DNA of 64,000 bases from NCBI GenBank assembly GCA_964106645.2, contig OZ067049.1; one strand, written 5' to 3'. The position numbers and the translations under genes are program-made. The notes beneath the pieces were generated by a model. It saw only the letters and a list, made by a program, of their open reading frames with translations, had not been told where the DNA came from and searched no databases. Positions 1 to 13,976 of the stretch are shown in pieces (within the stretch, counting starts at the first letter, position 1; the number at the start of each line of letters is the position of its first letter). This DNA comes from Podarcis pityusensis. Taxonomy: Eukaryota.

Positions 1-2699
1 ATGGTTAATCATTTTGCTGCTTGTTTGAGCTAAAATCTCTACTGCAAAATTGGTAGAAGTGTAAAATCCAAGGTGTAATTATGCTCTGACCCATGTATCA
101 GTCCAGAACAGGGCTGGTGACCCTCAGGTTCAAGGACCAACATACAGTCATTCAAGCTTATCTGGTCCTTGGGCATAGCTCTCCCTGCCCCTGCTTCACA
201 TTCTTCTTGAGTGTTTTTGCCTGGCTGAAATGTGTCCTTGACCTGTGATGATGCATCTTCTTCCCTGGATGGAGGGGGATCTTTCAATAAGTGTAGAAAC
301 TAGGCAACTGTACAAATTCCCTCTGGGAATTTCTGAAACTGCCTGTTGTCTTCCCCAAACACACCTGGGATTAAGAGAGAGTCTTAAGAGGTGTGTAGTG
401 ACTACACAATTTGCCTTGCACTGGTATCAGTAGCATTTGGAAGCATCTCAATCTGTTCTGGATCTGCTCTGTATTTGAATTTGATTTGTTATTCAAGTCC
501 AAACCTGGTACGTTACATCTGAAACTCTGTTTTGCCCTCATCAATCTAATTGGGAATCTAAAAAATGGCTGCACCTTTTCTTTCTTTTCACATACATGGG
601 CGAAACTTGCATGCTAAGGATTTCCCTCCAGAGTGGATTAAGCCTACCGAATTTCAGGCAGTTACATCCAGGTAGAGAACATTTAAGGATTGCGATTATA
701 ATCATGTTGATGACAATTACCCATCTTGCATCGTATGGTCCGAGGGCAGCTTAGAACAATTTAAAAGACATGATTCAAACAGAATTAAAACAAACGGCAG
801 TCACAAGAAAAGAGCGAGTCCTAAATACATACACCTGAGGGGTCAAAGGTGAGGGTAAAGAGAGGTGTCTTCACATGCCACAACTGAGGGGCTGCCACCC
901 CATAACTTCTGAGAATGGTGGAACTACCAAGGGGCCCCCCTATGCTGAGCTTAACATCCAAGCATCTAAATTTCTTCTTTTCTGCCATAACTGCTGGCAA
1001 ATTGTAAGTGTAGCTTCCCCTTCTGAAGGAATGGAGCATGCTAAAAGAAAGGTGTACACATTCTCTCAGACTTTACCATTTGGGGAAGGGAAAATAGAAA
1101 TAACTTTCATTCCCTCAGTTTTATTTTTTTCTGGGGGTGAGTGAAATTAGCATAAGAACTGGCAAACTAAGGAAGAAACAGCAGGGTAAGAATCCTGCCA
1201 AAGCTCACATACATAGAATGAAGGACTATCATGCTAGATGAATTTACCTTAGCTATAGTGAACAAAAGAAAACTCTCAGGTTTTTTCCTTGCTGCTCTCC
1301 CTTCCTGGAGATACCCTCTGCGAATAATAAGAAAAAGAGAGTGCTATTATTTAAAATATTTTCTGAGGGGAAAAAAGAATGAATGGGAAAGAAGGAGACC
1401 GCCCTAATTATTTAATTCCCCTGCTTACTCCCTGGTCTCACAGCCTAACTTTGGAGGGAAATGAGAACTCGTGTTTACAACACCCCTTTCCCAAATCACT
1501 GTGACTGGAGCGCCCTGGGAAAAGAATTCACTGTGATTAAAAGCTAGTCCTGTCCATAAAAACAAACTATTCCCTCCAACTTCTCTACCTTTGCCGTCTC
1601 TAGGTTTTTCACCCCAGACAGCTTGGTTTTTTGTTTCTCAGATGAAAGAAGGAAGGGGATGGTGCAGAACAACCAAGTCTGGCCATAGAGTTTGCAGCAA
1701 ACAATGAGAAGCTGGACTTACTATTAAATGAAGTGTGCATTTGAACCTCCAAAGAAGCTGATCTTAAGGCCTCACATAGCTTCACAGCAATCAATGATCA
1801 TTAAGTATTTTTTTGTACATCTTTGTCTGCAGAGCTGTGGTTGTGACACTGACACATAGGACATTTAATATTTTGAGCTGAAGTAGAATGTTCGGGGACA
1901 GTGCTGCTTGATTTGTAATACAGCTCTATGTTACACACGGGATACATTTGTATTCTGTAACATGAACACCACAAATTCACAGCATCTAAATATTTATCAG
2001 TGAAAGCATGGAAGTGCTCCTCTCTACAGGTACGCTCATCACAGAAATGCCCCATAATCTCTTCCTTTATTTGTTTAAACAGCAAGAGAGCCAAAAAGCA
2101 CTCAGAAATAACAAAAGCAATGTTTTATGTTTCCTAGGGAAAACAATTGTTCCAGTGTAAACCAGATCCATTTATATCTGTGCACAGGAGATTGATACAC
2201 AGCATTGGATATTAAGAATTAAGCTTGTGTGTGAGACAGAATGAAATATATTGCTTATATATCAGCCAGTGGATTGGGGTGTTTAGAGGAGCTGAAAACA
2301 AGGCAGCTTTTAGTATGATCAGTCACAGTATGTGCCACTCACAATTAAGGTTCACACAATATTCCCTCTAAGCCCATCCATGTGCATGTCCATGTCGTAA
2401 TGAATGGAAATTGAACTGGATGAGACCCATTAGGTTCATTTTTGGAGCACACACACAAGGCAATATTATTTAAACGATCAAAATTTACAGATACAAAATG
2501 AAAGTCGTGAGCAATGAATGAGTGTGAATGGAGTCGCCTTCGTTAACCACTCAGTATTTTTAAATATTTGCAAAGTGATGACTGCATGGCTGTTGCATCA
2601 TTTATTGCAAATCATTTTGAAAGAAGTCAGTAGGCGCCTATCACACACTGGTAACCATTTTCCACACCGTAATCACAACAGCATGAATTTCTGGGGAAT

Positions 2700-3460
2700 C
2701 ATTATTCTTATTCTTATTGCCTTCCACACAAGGTGCTCATAAAAACAGCGAAAAGCAGTTAAAAAATGCAAAAAATCAATAAATATGTTTGAAAAACAAA
2801 ACAATAACAATACAGTCTAGAAGAGACACCCATGGCAGAGACCCAGTCATCCAGTTAAGAAAACCTGTCAGATCAAAAATGTCTTCAATTTGTTTCAGAA
2901 AGTGCAGGTAGTGGGAACTTGTCAAGTTATGATATAGGGTTTATTATTGTTTATATTATTGATTATATTTTCAATTAGATATATATGGAGGCACCAAAAT
3001 CTTTTAAATGCTTAGAGCCTATAAAGGTCTTAATATGGTCCTGGTTCCACAGAGCAAGGGCAGCCACACTGAAATCTCTGCTCTGAGTTCCTGCGGAGTG
3101 GGCTTCTGATATTTTTGGAGCTTGCAGAAGAAACTGTCCCACAGTGTTCTATAAGCATATAAGGGACAAGGTGGTCTCACAAGTAACTTGGTCCTGAGCG
3201 GTATATGGCCTCATATGTTAGCATCAAGATCTTGAACTTGATCTGGTAGCAGATTGGTGGACAGAGCAGATTCTGCAAGGAAGGTGCCTGTAGTTTGCTG
3301 CCTGCAAGCATGGTGCACCAGTTGCAGTCTCCATACCAACCTCAAAGGCAGCCCCACATAGAGCACATTGCAGTAATATGAACATCAGGTTACCAATGCA
3401 TGGGCAACTGTGGTCAAGCTATCTTGATCCAGGAATAACCATAGTTGTCCTATCAGGAGG
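2700..3460 (-). mobile_element. L2 LINE 3' fragment (degenerate)
   Basis: Minus strand near 3330-3455 reads DQDSLTTVAHALVT*CSYYCNVLYVGLPLRLVWRLQL, the L2 'HALVTSRLDYCN.LY.GLP' motif. Confidence 0.8.
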
Positions 3461-4720
3461 AGTCAGGGGCAAGATCAACAGGTGCAATTCATTTTCCCCC
3501 TATGGGTGTCCAGACGAATGTCTGAACACTTCAACAACATGTCAGGAAAATGCACATGCTGACAAGAACCAGGATTGGCTAGGCTCCTTGCCTCAGGTAA
3601 AAAAACAACATCAGCAGCAACAACACATGGTGGGGAAAAATCCACTTCAACTACAAGAACACATGATAGAATTAAGCAGGACCTGTGTTGAGTCTCTTAT
3701 TTGTTAAATGACTCACATATTCTCACAGAAAAGTTAGCTTTTTGAAATCACAAGAGACTCACAAAAAGGTTGGAACAACCTCTTGGGATTTCTGTAAAAG
3801 TGCCACTATTCTAGTAAGTGATTGGATGCACATTAGAATGACAGAATGCTTATATTTTGGAACTTTTTAATAAACTTGGTGGGCTGGGGGTTGATGGGAG
3901 AGAATTTTTGTATTTTGTATTGCAAACGTTTGTAACTTTTGTATCCTCTCCTTTGAGAAAGGATCATGAGAGCAACTTTCGAAATATTCTAATGTAGCAA
4001 TAGAGCCACATAGTTGTTCTCACATCTCCTGTTTCCAGAAACACTGTCCTATGAATACAATGACACTGGCAACATGGGGCTATAGCTTCGGGCTGGCTGT
4101 CATGCCATCCTCTCCCATTGTGATAAATGGTGTGCCCGTTAGTTTTCTAAATGAACAGTTGTTGTCCCACAGATTATTTCAGCAACATGCATGCCCAGAT
4201 ACTGTGGGTGAACCCTGAAACAAACAATGCTACAGAAGTACATGAAATTATGGAAATCAAATACTATGAAAGCATGTGACTAAACAGGTTTTGGGAACAG
4301 TGGTTTTTCTTCCCTTCTTTCTTCTGCAGAAGATGATGGCAGGAAGAAATAAGAGAAGATAAGTGAGGTCGACAAGTTGAGGGAGAGAAAGTATATAGAT
4401 CAACCCATTAAAATTCAAAGCCTAAGCATACACATCAGTTACCAATTAAAATCAAAGTTCTGATGTTGATGAGAAATATCTGCTAGTCTTTCAACTGTCT
4501 TATATCCTGTCCAAGTGGCAAAGGAAATAAAAGCCTCAGAGAAGACTAATGGGGCCTCCCATCTTCCATCTTCCAAATGAATAAATTAGTGAATTTTGCA
4601 TTGGGTACACAACCCCAATGTGGAAAGTTCATTTAGGGGAACAAGATTTGCTGGACCATCAAACACAGTGCCCTGCAGTTGCAGGCACAATTTGTTATTA
4701 CAGAAACAAGTTGACTAGAC

Positions 4721-4912
4721 GGGTTGTAGTACAATGATAAAATGCACAATTTGAATGCAGAAGGGCCTAAGTTCAATCCCTGGCCCCTCCACATAGCGCT
4801 GGGAATGTTCCCTGTCTGAAACCCTCATGAGCCACTCATAGTCAATATGGACAACACTGAGCTAGTTGGACTAAGGGTCTGATGTGTTATAACACAGCTT
4901 CCTATATTCCTA
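4721..4912 (+). mobile_element. Squam3-like tRNA-derived SINE
   Basis: Degenerate A/B boxes (GTTCAATCCC), CTGAGCTAGTTGGAC...CAGCTTCCTATATTCCTA tail. Confidence 0.7.
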
Positions 4913-5510
4913 GGGTTCTGAATATTCACAAAGCCTTTGTAATCCACACAATTTGTGACCCACCATGTTCAATGTTAGCCCATCAGGTGGCCTTTGTGGT
5001 TTCATAACTCCTCATTTTTATGCAGCTCAAGGTAGGCTGAAAAATCAGAATACTGAACACTGCTGGTTGGCTTGTGAGTTGCTTTGAACCTGACAGATCA
5101 TAAGCTAGGCTTCTCGTTTTGTCCAAAAGTATGCTGCTGGCTCCATGGCTCCTATGAGCTGGGAAAACCCATTTTCATACCTGCAAGAGTGGTGCAATAA
5201 ACACTGCATGGTACATATGAGTGGTATGCAGGGATTGGGAGAAAGCGTATCACTCAAAGTTGCTGCTGCTGCTTTTTAATCAGATTAATGGTCTGATCTT
5301 TGGCCAAAGCTGATGATCCCCTCACCCCACATATTCACATTTACAGCCTGCCTTTCTAATGAAAACATTACCTAAGGGGCTCAAAATCACTAAATGTTAA
5401 TGCAACAAAATTAATGCATAAAATAAAGAACTATTTATCAATGAAGCAGTAAAATCACGATGAGGCACTAAACAGAAGAAGCCTTCAAGCCACCTAAATA
5501 GCAAAGGTGA

Positions 5511-5630
5511 GAGAGTCAATGTGGCATAATGGTGAAAGTGTCAGATTGAACTGGAAAGTTCCCATTTTAAATCCCCACTCAGCCATGAGGCTCACATGGT
5601 GACTTTGGACCAGTCACTATTTCAGCCTAA
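5511..5630 (+). mobile_element. MIR-like SINE 5' part
   Basis: Degenerate tRNA head followed by GGTGACTTTGGACCAGTCAC core. Confidence 0.55.
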
Positions 5631-7100
5631 CAAAGTGTAAACATGGTACGTTCAGAAATTCAGCCGTGGTCTTGAATAAACAGAGGCAGAAGCAGCGAAA
5701 ACAATTTTTAAGAGAAATGAGAAATCGGAGGGGGGAATTACATAAAAAGCCACCCCCCTGTTTATATGGGTGAGAAGCAGACTGGAGCGTCACTCCAAGG
5801 TCTGCTCCCTAAATCCCACCCACCAGACCGCCATGGATAGGCCAAGGATTCAAGCTGGGTCTGCTTTGGACTCAAGATGCTTCACAGCAGCCGGGGGGAG
5901 GAACAAGGGCCGCAGAGGAAATGGCGATGCTCTGTGGGGCGAGGGAGCCGTCGTGCCGGGGTGCAACCGCTGCCCACCCTTGACCCAGGTAAGGGGCCAT
6001 TTTTAAGAGAAGTGAGAAATCGGAGGGAGAAATCACATTTTAAAAAAAAATAATCCCACAGTATTACAAATAATATTTATTGCTGGAATAAAGCATGATG
6101 TGCCTGGGGTCATGATACAGGCATAAAACCAAGCTATTCTGAAGCCGGGTATAAACTCTGAGGAAGCTGCAACCCTAAAGGAGCAGTTTGGTCCAAGAGG
6201 AGGGGATGGGATGGGATGAGATGGGCATGTTGGTTTGTACTAACCAGCCACCTCTTGGGCTGGAGGTTTCAGGGTTTAACAAGAAATGAGATCAAAGCCT
6301 TCACACTGATATGGTTGTTTATAAGAGAGCAAGCTGGCTTCTTCTATGTGTAATGCACCAAATTGATTCCATGATTCAATACAGTTTGCATATTGATCAC
6401 CATCCTAGAAGGATGTTCTCATTAACTAAATGCTTCAGGCCATGCCGTCATTGCCTTCCTGTGTGATGGAGAATGCTGGAAAGTGTACAGTTATGCCACA
6501 AATACCTGCACCCCTACCACTGGCAAAAGAAGCACGTCAACCTAGCTTTCATTTATCAAGGTGAGCATCTGCCTTCATTATCCTCAATGCAAAGGCCTAG
6601 GCTGCTGCCCAACTTTGCTAATAAATCTGCATCTAGTGCTAGTTAATGAGGATTTTTCAATAAAGAAAGGTTTTAGATAACATGACAAATTCCCTATGCT
6701 TTATCCTTTTGGGGGTGTTGGGTGATGGCTTTTGATGCATCTTGTATATGATATAGAGGATATATAGACCGTTCTAGTTCTGCAGAACCAAAGAGCTAGT
6801 GTGAGAGCTTTCAAGTTCTGCAGAACTCAAGATTGTGCTGGATGGTAAACAAAGTGAGTTGAGTCAGGTGGGATTGGCTGGTGATGAAACTGTACTTGCA
6901 TCTCTTAGGAGTATTAAGATAGAGTGTAAGAGGAGATACTAGGCATTCAACTGAAACTCTGTTAGCTGCTGTGCAGGATGCATCCATGTGTCCTGGGGAA
7001 AGAGAAGCATACAATCGCCGAGTCCTATTTTTTTGTGTTTCCAAGCCAGGTGCCATTTTTAGAAGAATGCCTACTGAAGATTCATGACCGTCCATCCACC

Positions 7101-7301
7101 CAAGGCTGGCTCAACCAAGAGGCAAGATGAAATGACTGCTTCAGGCAGCAGGATCCACCGGGGCACAAGAACCCAATGTCAACCTTTCTTTCTCCCCTTG
7201 TTCCTGGTGTAGCTCTTTTCTCACCCCTTCTTCCCTGGTGGGTAGGAGTACACCAATTTGGGGGTCTGCCTCAGGCAGCAAAATGTCTTGGGCCAGTCCT
7301 G
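7101..7301. mobile_element. hAT-like MITE (old)
   Basis: CAAGGCTGGCTCAA / TTGGGCCAGTCCTG termini, imperfect TSD CATCCACC / CATCTACT. Confidence 0.6.
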
Positions 7302-7494
7302 CATCTACTCACAATCCCGGACCTGCTTCTTGGAGGGAGCAAATGGGGCAACTCCATCAAGAACAGATGAAATTCCAGTTTCTGGGTCAGCTACACTCCC
7401 CACAGTGACTTGGTCTTCAGTTTTATTTTGTACTTCATGAGATGCAAGAATGGAAACATTGTCTTGGTTAATTAGACAGAAGAACACAATGGAA

Positions 7495-7678
7495 TGCAGG
7501 AAGCTGCCTTATTCTGAGTCAGACCATTGATCCATCTAGCTCAGTATTGTCCACACTAATTGGCTGTGACTTTCCATGAATTCAGGCAGGGTACAGCCCT
7601 GTAGATGCCAGAGTTTGAACCTCGGACCTTCTGCACACAAAGCAGATTCTCTGCCTCTAAGTTATGGCTTCTTCCCCT
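7495..7678 (-). mobile_element. Squam3-like SINE
   Basis: Reverse-complement match to 4721-4912. Confidence 0.7.
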
Positions 7679-9061
7679 ATTGGACCCAGAGTTGCTGAAC
7701 AGGGTGTTTGGAGAGAAAATAGATTGACTTTATTGTTGACACAAGCTATTTCACAGTTGGCTTACGTAAGCAAAGCTCTAAAGGGGATGGCAATGTTTTC
7801 CTCTTTGAAAGACTTCCATAACCTTTAAGACAGCAGAATGTCTTCTTCCTAAACCACACTTATCTTCCCAGCTATGCACTTTTAAGTACGGCGTGCAGCC
7901 TTTTCATCATCATTTAAGAAGAAGCAAAACATATTATTTAATAATTCTACCCCACTTCTCTCTAAAGTCTTAAATGATGGTTATGGGCATAAATACTTCA
8001 TAATGGGAAGTTATGACTAAAGCCATAAATGAATACCTCCTGCTTTGCCCTGAGAAAGAAAGACAATAAAATGGCTTTTAGAAGTCTAAACTTTTAATGG
8101 CATTTTACTTGTGAAACAAAAGAAACCCTGGTTATATATTCCAGAGAGAGTCTCATTCTAATGACTTCTAATCTCTTTATAAAGCCTTTTTCTATAGCGG
8201 TGTAATTTGCATAATTGTTACCCTATGTAGAATAAAAGATTGTGCTACCTGCTGAGTTCTTTGCTCTCCAATGAGTGCAAGCAATGAGCTACCATGCACA
8301 TTCAGAACAGTTGAGAGGTACAGCCCTGTTGGGGATGCCACCACTGCTTGGTGAGATGGTGAGGAGTTGAATGCAGAAATCAGGGACACACCACCAAAAT
8401 TTCTTTGACCATGACTCCCACCAGGCCCAGGTAGCAGGGCTAAATGCCATGAATGACGGGAGTTGTTGCAATCCAACAACATCTGGAGACCACCATATGA
8501 GCTACCCCTAGAATAAATTATCTCATGAAGGGAGGTTTCATGAGATGTATTCACCACACAATCCTTCGTATGAATGAGCATTGTAGCTCATGATTACTCT
8601 GAACATGTAGATCAGGGCTGGATCTAGACACATCAAAAAAGCGTTTCAGGAAAATGCATTGTAAACTTCATAATGGGAAATCACATTAGCGAAAGACGGG
8701 GCTCCACAGCACCATCTGGTGCCAGTGTCATAACGCATATAAAACACTTTTTCTTTTCTAATACAGCCGAGTCCCAGGTCTTAATCCTTACTCAGGGCTA
8801 GATTGTCAGCTATAACTTTTTGGTCCTTGTTGAGTTGGATTTTTCCAGGTTTGAGCCTGGGTGCGATGCCACCTTTGTAGGCCATAATTTTGAAGCTCGA
8901 TTTGTAAGAACCCCAGTTTTTAACAGTTGTCTCGGGGTTAGTTTAAAGGCCTTTTCAGATCCTCCTCACATTAGTGCTTAAGTAGCACCAAAGAAAACTA
9001 ACCCAGCTGCAGTAGTGCAATATTTTGATGGTAGCAATGGATTCACATTGAACTCAGAGCT

Positions 9062-9243
9062 TTAGGAACCTAGGAAGCTGTCTTATTCCAAATCGGACAT
9101 GACCCATCTAGTTGAAGGTTGTTGACACTGCCTTTCCATGGTTTCAGACAGGAATCTTTACCAGCCTGACTTGGAGATATGGGGAATTGAAGCTGGAAAC
9201 TTCGACATGCAAAATGTGTGCTGTATCATGAGACTGTGGGCCA
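9062..9243 (-). mobile_element. Squam3-like SINE (degenerate)
   Basis: Similar to 7495-7678. Confidence 0.6.
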
Positions 9244-10516
9244 GCCATGAAAAAGATTGGAGTGATGGTGATACAAAGGACTCTAGTAATTTAGGTTGCA
9301 ATCCTATACTCACACTTGCCGGGGGCTTACTTCTGAGTAGACCAAAACAGGATCATGCTGCAACATAAAAAACCATCCAAAACCCTCTCCCACATCGCTT
9401 CTTACCCCACTGTTCTCCAGACCAGTCTTGTACAAACAAAACAAAATAAAGATCTGCTATTTTACTACCAAAGGAGTAAAATCTGTTCCAATTCAATTAT
9501 AGCACTTACATCAATGATTGCCAATACAGGAAACTGTAGTCTTAGACTAAATAAATGTCATGCTATTTGACTTATTCAATTACACAAATACAGCTACCAA
9601 GTTCAAATTGACAGTTACCTTGTATGGTTTACAGTTTTAATGAAATAACAGTTTGGTAAAAATTTCAGGACATATGAAATGTGAAATATATGTGTTCACA
9701 GCAGGCACCTGACTGGTTCTTCCTGTATAAGGCTCATTAAAAAAACATTGAAAGCAAAGCAAATCTAGAAGAGGCAGCTTTCAGGAGAAGCATCAGGTAG
9801 TATTGTGCTGGCCATATATTTTCCAAGAACTGCACAAATGACTCCCCATGCTTTTGAGAAGGATTCAACATCCTTTTGTTTTATATCTGTGTACCATGAA
9901 GCAGATGTTCAGGCAAGCCATAAATTTCAAGGCAAGAGTATGCCAGGATAGGCTGGATGACTGGCTCATTGGGATCCACAGCATCCTTTCAAAATTAAAT
10001 ATTTCCACATCACCCAGCAAGCTAAATCAGAAACTTCCAGTTCACAATGTTAGCCACAACAGCACATTATACCAGCTCTAAAATTTCATTTTTGTTAGGA
10101 GATACCAGAAAATGTTCCAATTATGTATTGGCTATTCAGGAGCGCTAGTTCTAGATCATTTGTTTCCAAACTCCTCGCCCCTGCCCAAGAACCACTGGAA
10201 ATTCCTGCAGGTCTTGGCCAATCACTTGATTTCTCTACCTGCTGTAGCAACTGCGCTGTGCTGGATGCTGTAATTATTATTAAATTGTATTTTTATGGCT
10301 TCTTTTATTTCTTATATATTGTCTTATTTTTTACTGTATTATAATTTGAATTCCATTGATTTAGACAGTCAGTTAGGAAAGTGTTGTGCGGCCCAGGTTT
10401 TTGAGGAATACTGCCATTTGCTTATGTTAACTGGGTTGCTTTGGTTGCTGTTATAATTAAAAGAAAAAGAAGTTAGTTGCCTTGTGGCTCCATTGTATTG
10501 GCTGGCAGGCTAAATA

Positions 10517-10579
10517 CCATATTGGCCTGAATATAAGCCGCACCCAAATATAAGCCGCACCTTTAAAATTCAAGGGGGG

Positions 10580-10619
<40 letters not shown>

Positions 10620-10808
10620 ATATCTGAATATAAGGCGGTCCCTTAAAATTCCTCAGGCACTCACACCCGTTCTGTTTTACCATATGTCAGTTTCAGCAGC
10701 GATATCGTAAAAGCCAATTTTTGTAAGGTCACGAATTTAAGCCGCACTTTAACTTCTCATGTTCGGAATTTGGGGAGGAAAAAGTGAGGCATATTCAGGC
10801 CAATACGG
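10517..10808. mobile_element. Tc2/pogo-like MITE containing (GA)n
   Basis: TIR CCATATTGGCCTGAATAT / ATATTCAGGCCAATACGG, TA TSD. Confidence 0.85.
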
Positions 10809-11685
10809 TATATAAATATTCATGTTCACTGTTTATACAGCCATGCATGCACCTATGAGAAGTATACATGCAGGTCCTACATAATCAACTAACTGTTACT
10901 GTTTAAAAGAATGCCACTCTCCTTATAGCCAACTTTCAGTTTCATTCATTCTCCTGGAAAACATTGCTCAAAGTCCAAACGTTTTGCATTCAGATGCATT
11001 ACAATGCCATTTCAATGGGACAGATTAACTGTCCCCCCCCTCTTTTTTTACTAATTTCCTGCCTCTTTATGGAGAGCCTCTATCTATGGAAAGGAAATAC
11101 GTTTTGGTTGTCCACTAGTAAATAAAGGTTAAAATGGCTGATAATACAAACTCAGATGATTCAATTGAGCGCACAAATGAATGCAACATTAAGGCCGCTC
11201 ATTTCCGTACCAGATGTGGTCTGCCAACAAACTTATCTACAAGGGCAAATTTGCTTGTCACCAGCCAGAAAACAGAGTCCACTAATGTTTCTGCTTATCA
11301 CTAATCAGAAGACAAACTCTGTTAGGGCTCCACATATTAGTCTTATTATATGACTGTATATTTAGGTGGCTATATACACTCTACATGGGACAGCGCTTTG
11401 TGTGATGACATCCTCTGTCTGAAGGACTCTCCAGCCTGAAGACAGTTTAAGGTTAACGAACAAGTAGAAGCAGGTGGGGACTTGAAGTTGTCCACTAACA
11501 CACAGGTGACCTGATCATAGTCTTCCCCACTAAGGCGAGGCCTGTTGCACTTTTATTTACGCTATAGCAATTGTTTCTTAATTTGCATGTATATGTATAA
11601 ATTAGCACATGCAAATTTTGTGCACTTGTATACCCACTTTGGTCTTATTTTGGCGATGTGTTAAATGAGCACCCTACTGTGCATT

Positions 11686-11688
<3 letters not shown>

Positions 11689-11724
<36 letters not shown>
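11689..11724. repeat. (AC)n microsatellite
   Basis: Direct reading. Confidence 0.95.
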
Positions 11725-11727
<3 letters not shown>

Positions 11728-11951
11728 GGACCCTTGGGTTACATTATCTTTAGGTAATGTAACTTTCAGGTTGTATACTTCTAGGTTTCGCTGCATGCGC
11801 ATGCACAGAAGCGTTCTGTGCTCTTCAGTCATGCGCAGAAGCACTCTATCGCGCCACGCACATGCAGAGAAGCAGCGCCTCATGTTGCAGACTTTTCGCG
11901 GTACGTACGGATCCCCGGAACGAATTAAGTTTTTATCCAGAGGGTCCACTG
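11724..11951. mobile_element. Tigger-like MITE variant
   Basis: TIR CAGTGGACCCT / AGGGTCCACTG followed by TA. Confidence 0.8.
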
Positions 11952-11954
11952 TAC

Positions 11955-13075
11955 CTTTATTGCAAAACAATTTACATAAAAAAACAACACAAACAGACCA
12001 TTACCATACCCACATAACAACTAGACACTAACTAACAACATATCATTTAACATCACACACACTTTTGACTTCCGATGCACCTCATTGTACTTTTTACACA
12101 TTATTGGTCTATATGCACTTCTTTGGTTTTCCCCCCTGTTACATATCAAGAGAGATTTTTGCTTTTATAATTTCCTTGATATTCAAAATTCAGTCTAGAT
12201 CTGTCAGGAGATTTGCGTTGTCTCAGTACTTTTTTAGATATTATTTAAATATTGTCCAATCTTTACTCACTTTCTGATTTGAGTTTCCTCTTATTCTCCC
12301 AGTCATTTTTGCAAGTTCTAAATATTCTATCATCTTCATTTGCCAGTCATTTTTTGTGGGGTCGAGTCACCTTTCCAGTTTTTTGCTGTTAAAATGCTAG
12401 CCACTGTGGTTGTGTACATAAAGGTTCTAAAGGTTTTTTTGTATTTTGATGGACATAATGCCTAACAGAAAGGCTTCTGGGTTGTTTTTTGAAAGATCTT
12501 TTTGAGATTTTAAAGATCTTTTTGAGTTTGTTATATATTATGTCCCAGAATTCTCGTATCTTCACATAGTCTCACCACATGTGCATGAAAGTACCTACCC
12601 CTTTTTTTGCATCTCCAGCAAATGTTTGGGTGTGTGTTTTTTTTACATCTTGGCCAGTTTGGCCGGGGTCAGATACAATCAGTAAAACATTTTCATCACA
12701 TTTTCTTTCAAGTTATAACATGCGGTGAACTTTATATCTTCTCTCCAGAGCCTTTCCCATTCATTTATATAGATATTATGTCCAAAATCCTGGGCCCAAT
12801 GGACCATAATCGATTTTACCTCTACTTCCTTGACTTCCCGGTCAAGGAGGAGATAATACATCTTATAGATATTTCCCCTTCGGCTGGATTAAATTTTCCT
12901 CTAGTTTTGATATTTCTCCGGTGGACTCTTTTTGTTCGTCTTTACTTAATCTTTCATTAAGTTGGACATATTGGAGCCAATCCGACAGACATATACGAAT
13001 ATCCTCAAAATCCTTTAATCTCAATTTGTTATTTTTTCCCTTTAATAACATTTTATATGTTACTGTGCATTCTTC
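11955..13075 (-). mobile_element. L1-clade LINE ORF2 C-terminal/3' fragment, frameshifted
   Basis: Broken minus-strand ORFs (WAQDFGHNIYINEWERLW...ACYNLKENVMKMFY), a CWRC...HMW zinc-knuckle region near 12575-12625, A-rich coding strand. Confidence 0.8.
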
Positions 13076-13449
13076 ACATCCAACTCAACAAGCAATCCAC
13101 ACCCAGGACAAAATTATAGCTGTTTCCTTTCTGAAGGGAGATGAGTAATAATAGTTGAAACAAAAAGGTCATACCATCGTTACATCCCAGATGTGGAAGT
13201 TCAGGTTCAGGAGCTGACAATGCAAGCTCAAAACATGGTATCAAATGTGGCTCCCTCGATGAATGCACAGAAGCTAGGTATAAACTCGCAGCACATGAAC
13301 AAGTTGTGTACAAATGTAGACAAATTGAATGATATTTGGAATTCGTTTTTACAAACACTGTACAGTATTGGGTTAAGTTTAGGTCGTCTACAATAACAAT
13401 CATATAATGTGTGTGCGTATTGTCTGTTTGCATTTCTTAGTGCAGAAAT

Positions 13450-13651
13450 TATTGATCTGATGTGTAGAGATCTTTCCTATTCTAATTAATTCAAGAGGGT
13501 TCTGTGTGAAAGAAGCAAGCAAAAGGTTTGTGATGTTTGGGTTATTCCTTCAGAGAAGCCGAGTACAGCTGGCTTAAACTGGTTCTGTTTTGTCTTCTGC
13601 CAAGGTCATGCTGACTATAATAAGAGGCCAGAAGGAGCCTGGGTTTCCCTT

Positions 13652-13682
<31 letters not shown>

Positions 13683-13976
13683 CCATCTGGTGTGGTGTTC
13701 TGTCCATAGTATTAAGGTTTAGTCTTATAATAAGTTACTGTAAATTTAGGTTAAGTGTGCTGCAACTGGATTTCTTATGTATTGTGCCAATCCTGAATGT
13801 ATTGGATTTGTGACCATTATGCTCATTTGCCTTCAGTAGCAGTAAAGCTCTGCTGGGTGAAATATAATTGCCTCTGGTCTATTTGGGGGGAATCCTGCAC
13901 CGCGTTTAAGTTGTTGCTCTGCTAACTATACATCGGAGTTCTGCTCTGGATCAATATTGAGTAGAATTTCATGACA
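13450..13976 (+). mobile_element. Degenerate LTR-like fragment
   Basis: TATAA-like box, AGTAAA signal, ends CATGACA; 5' boundary unclear. Confidence 0.35.
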
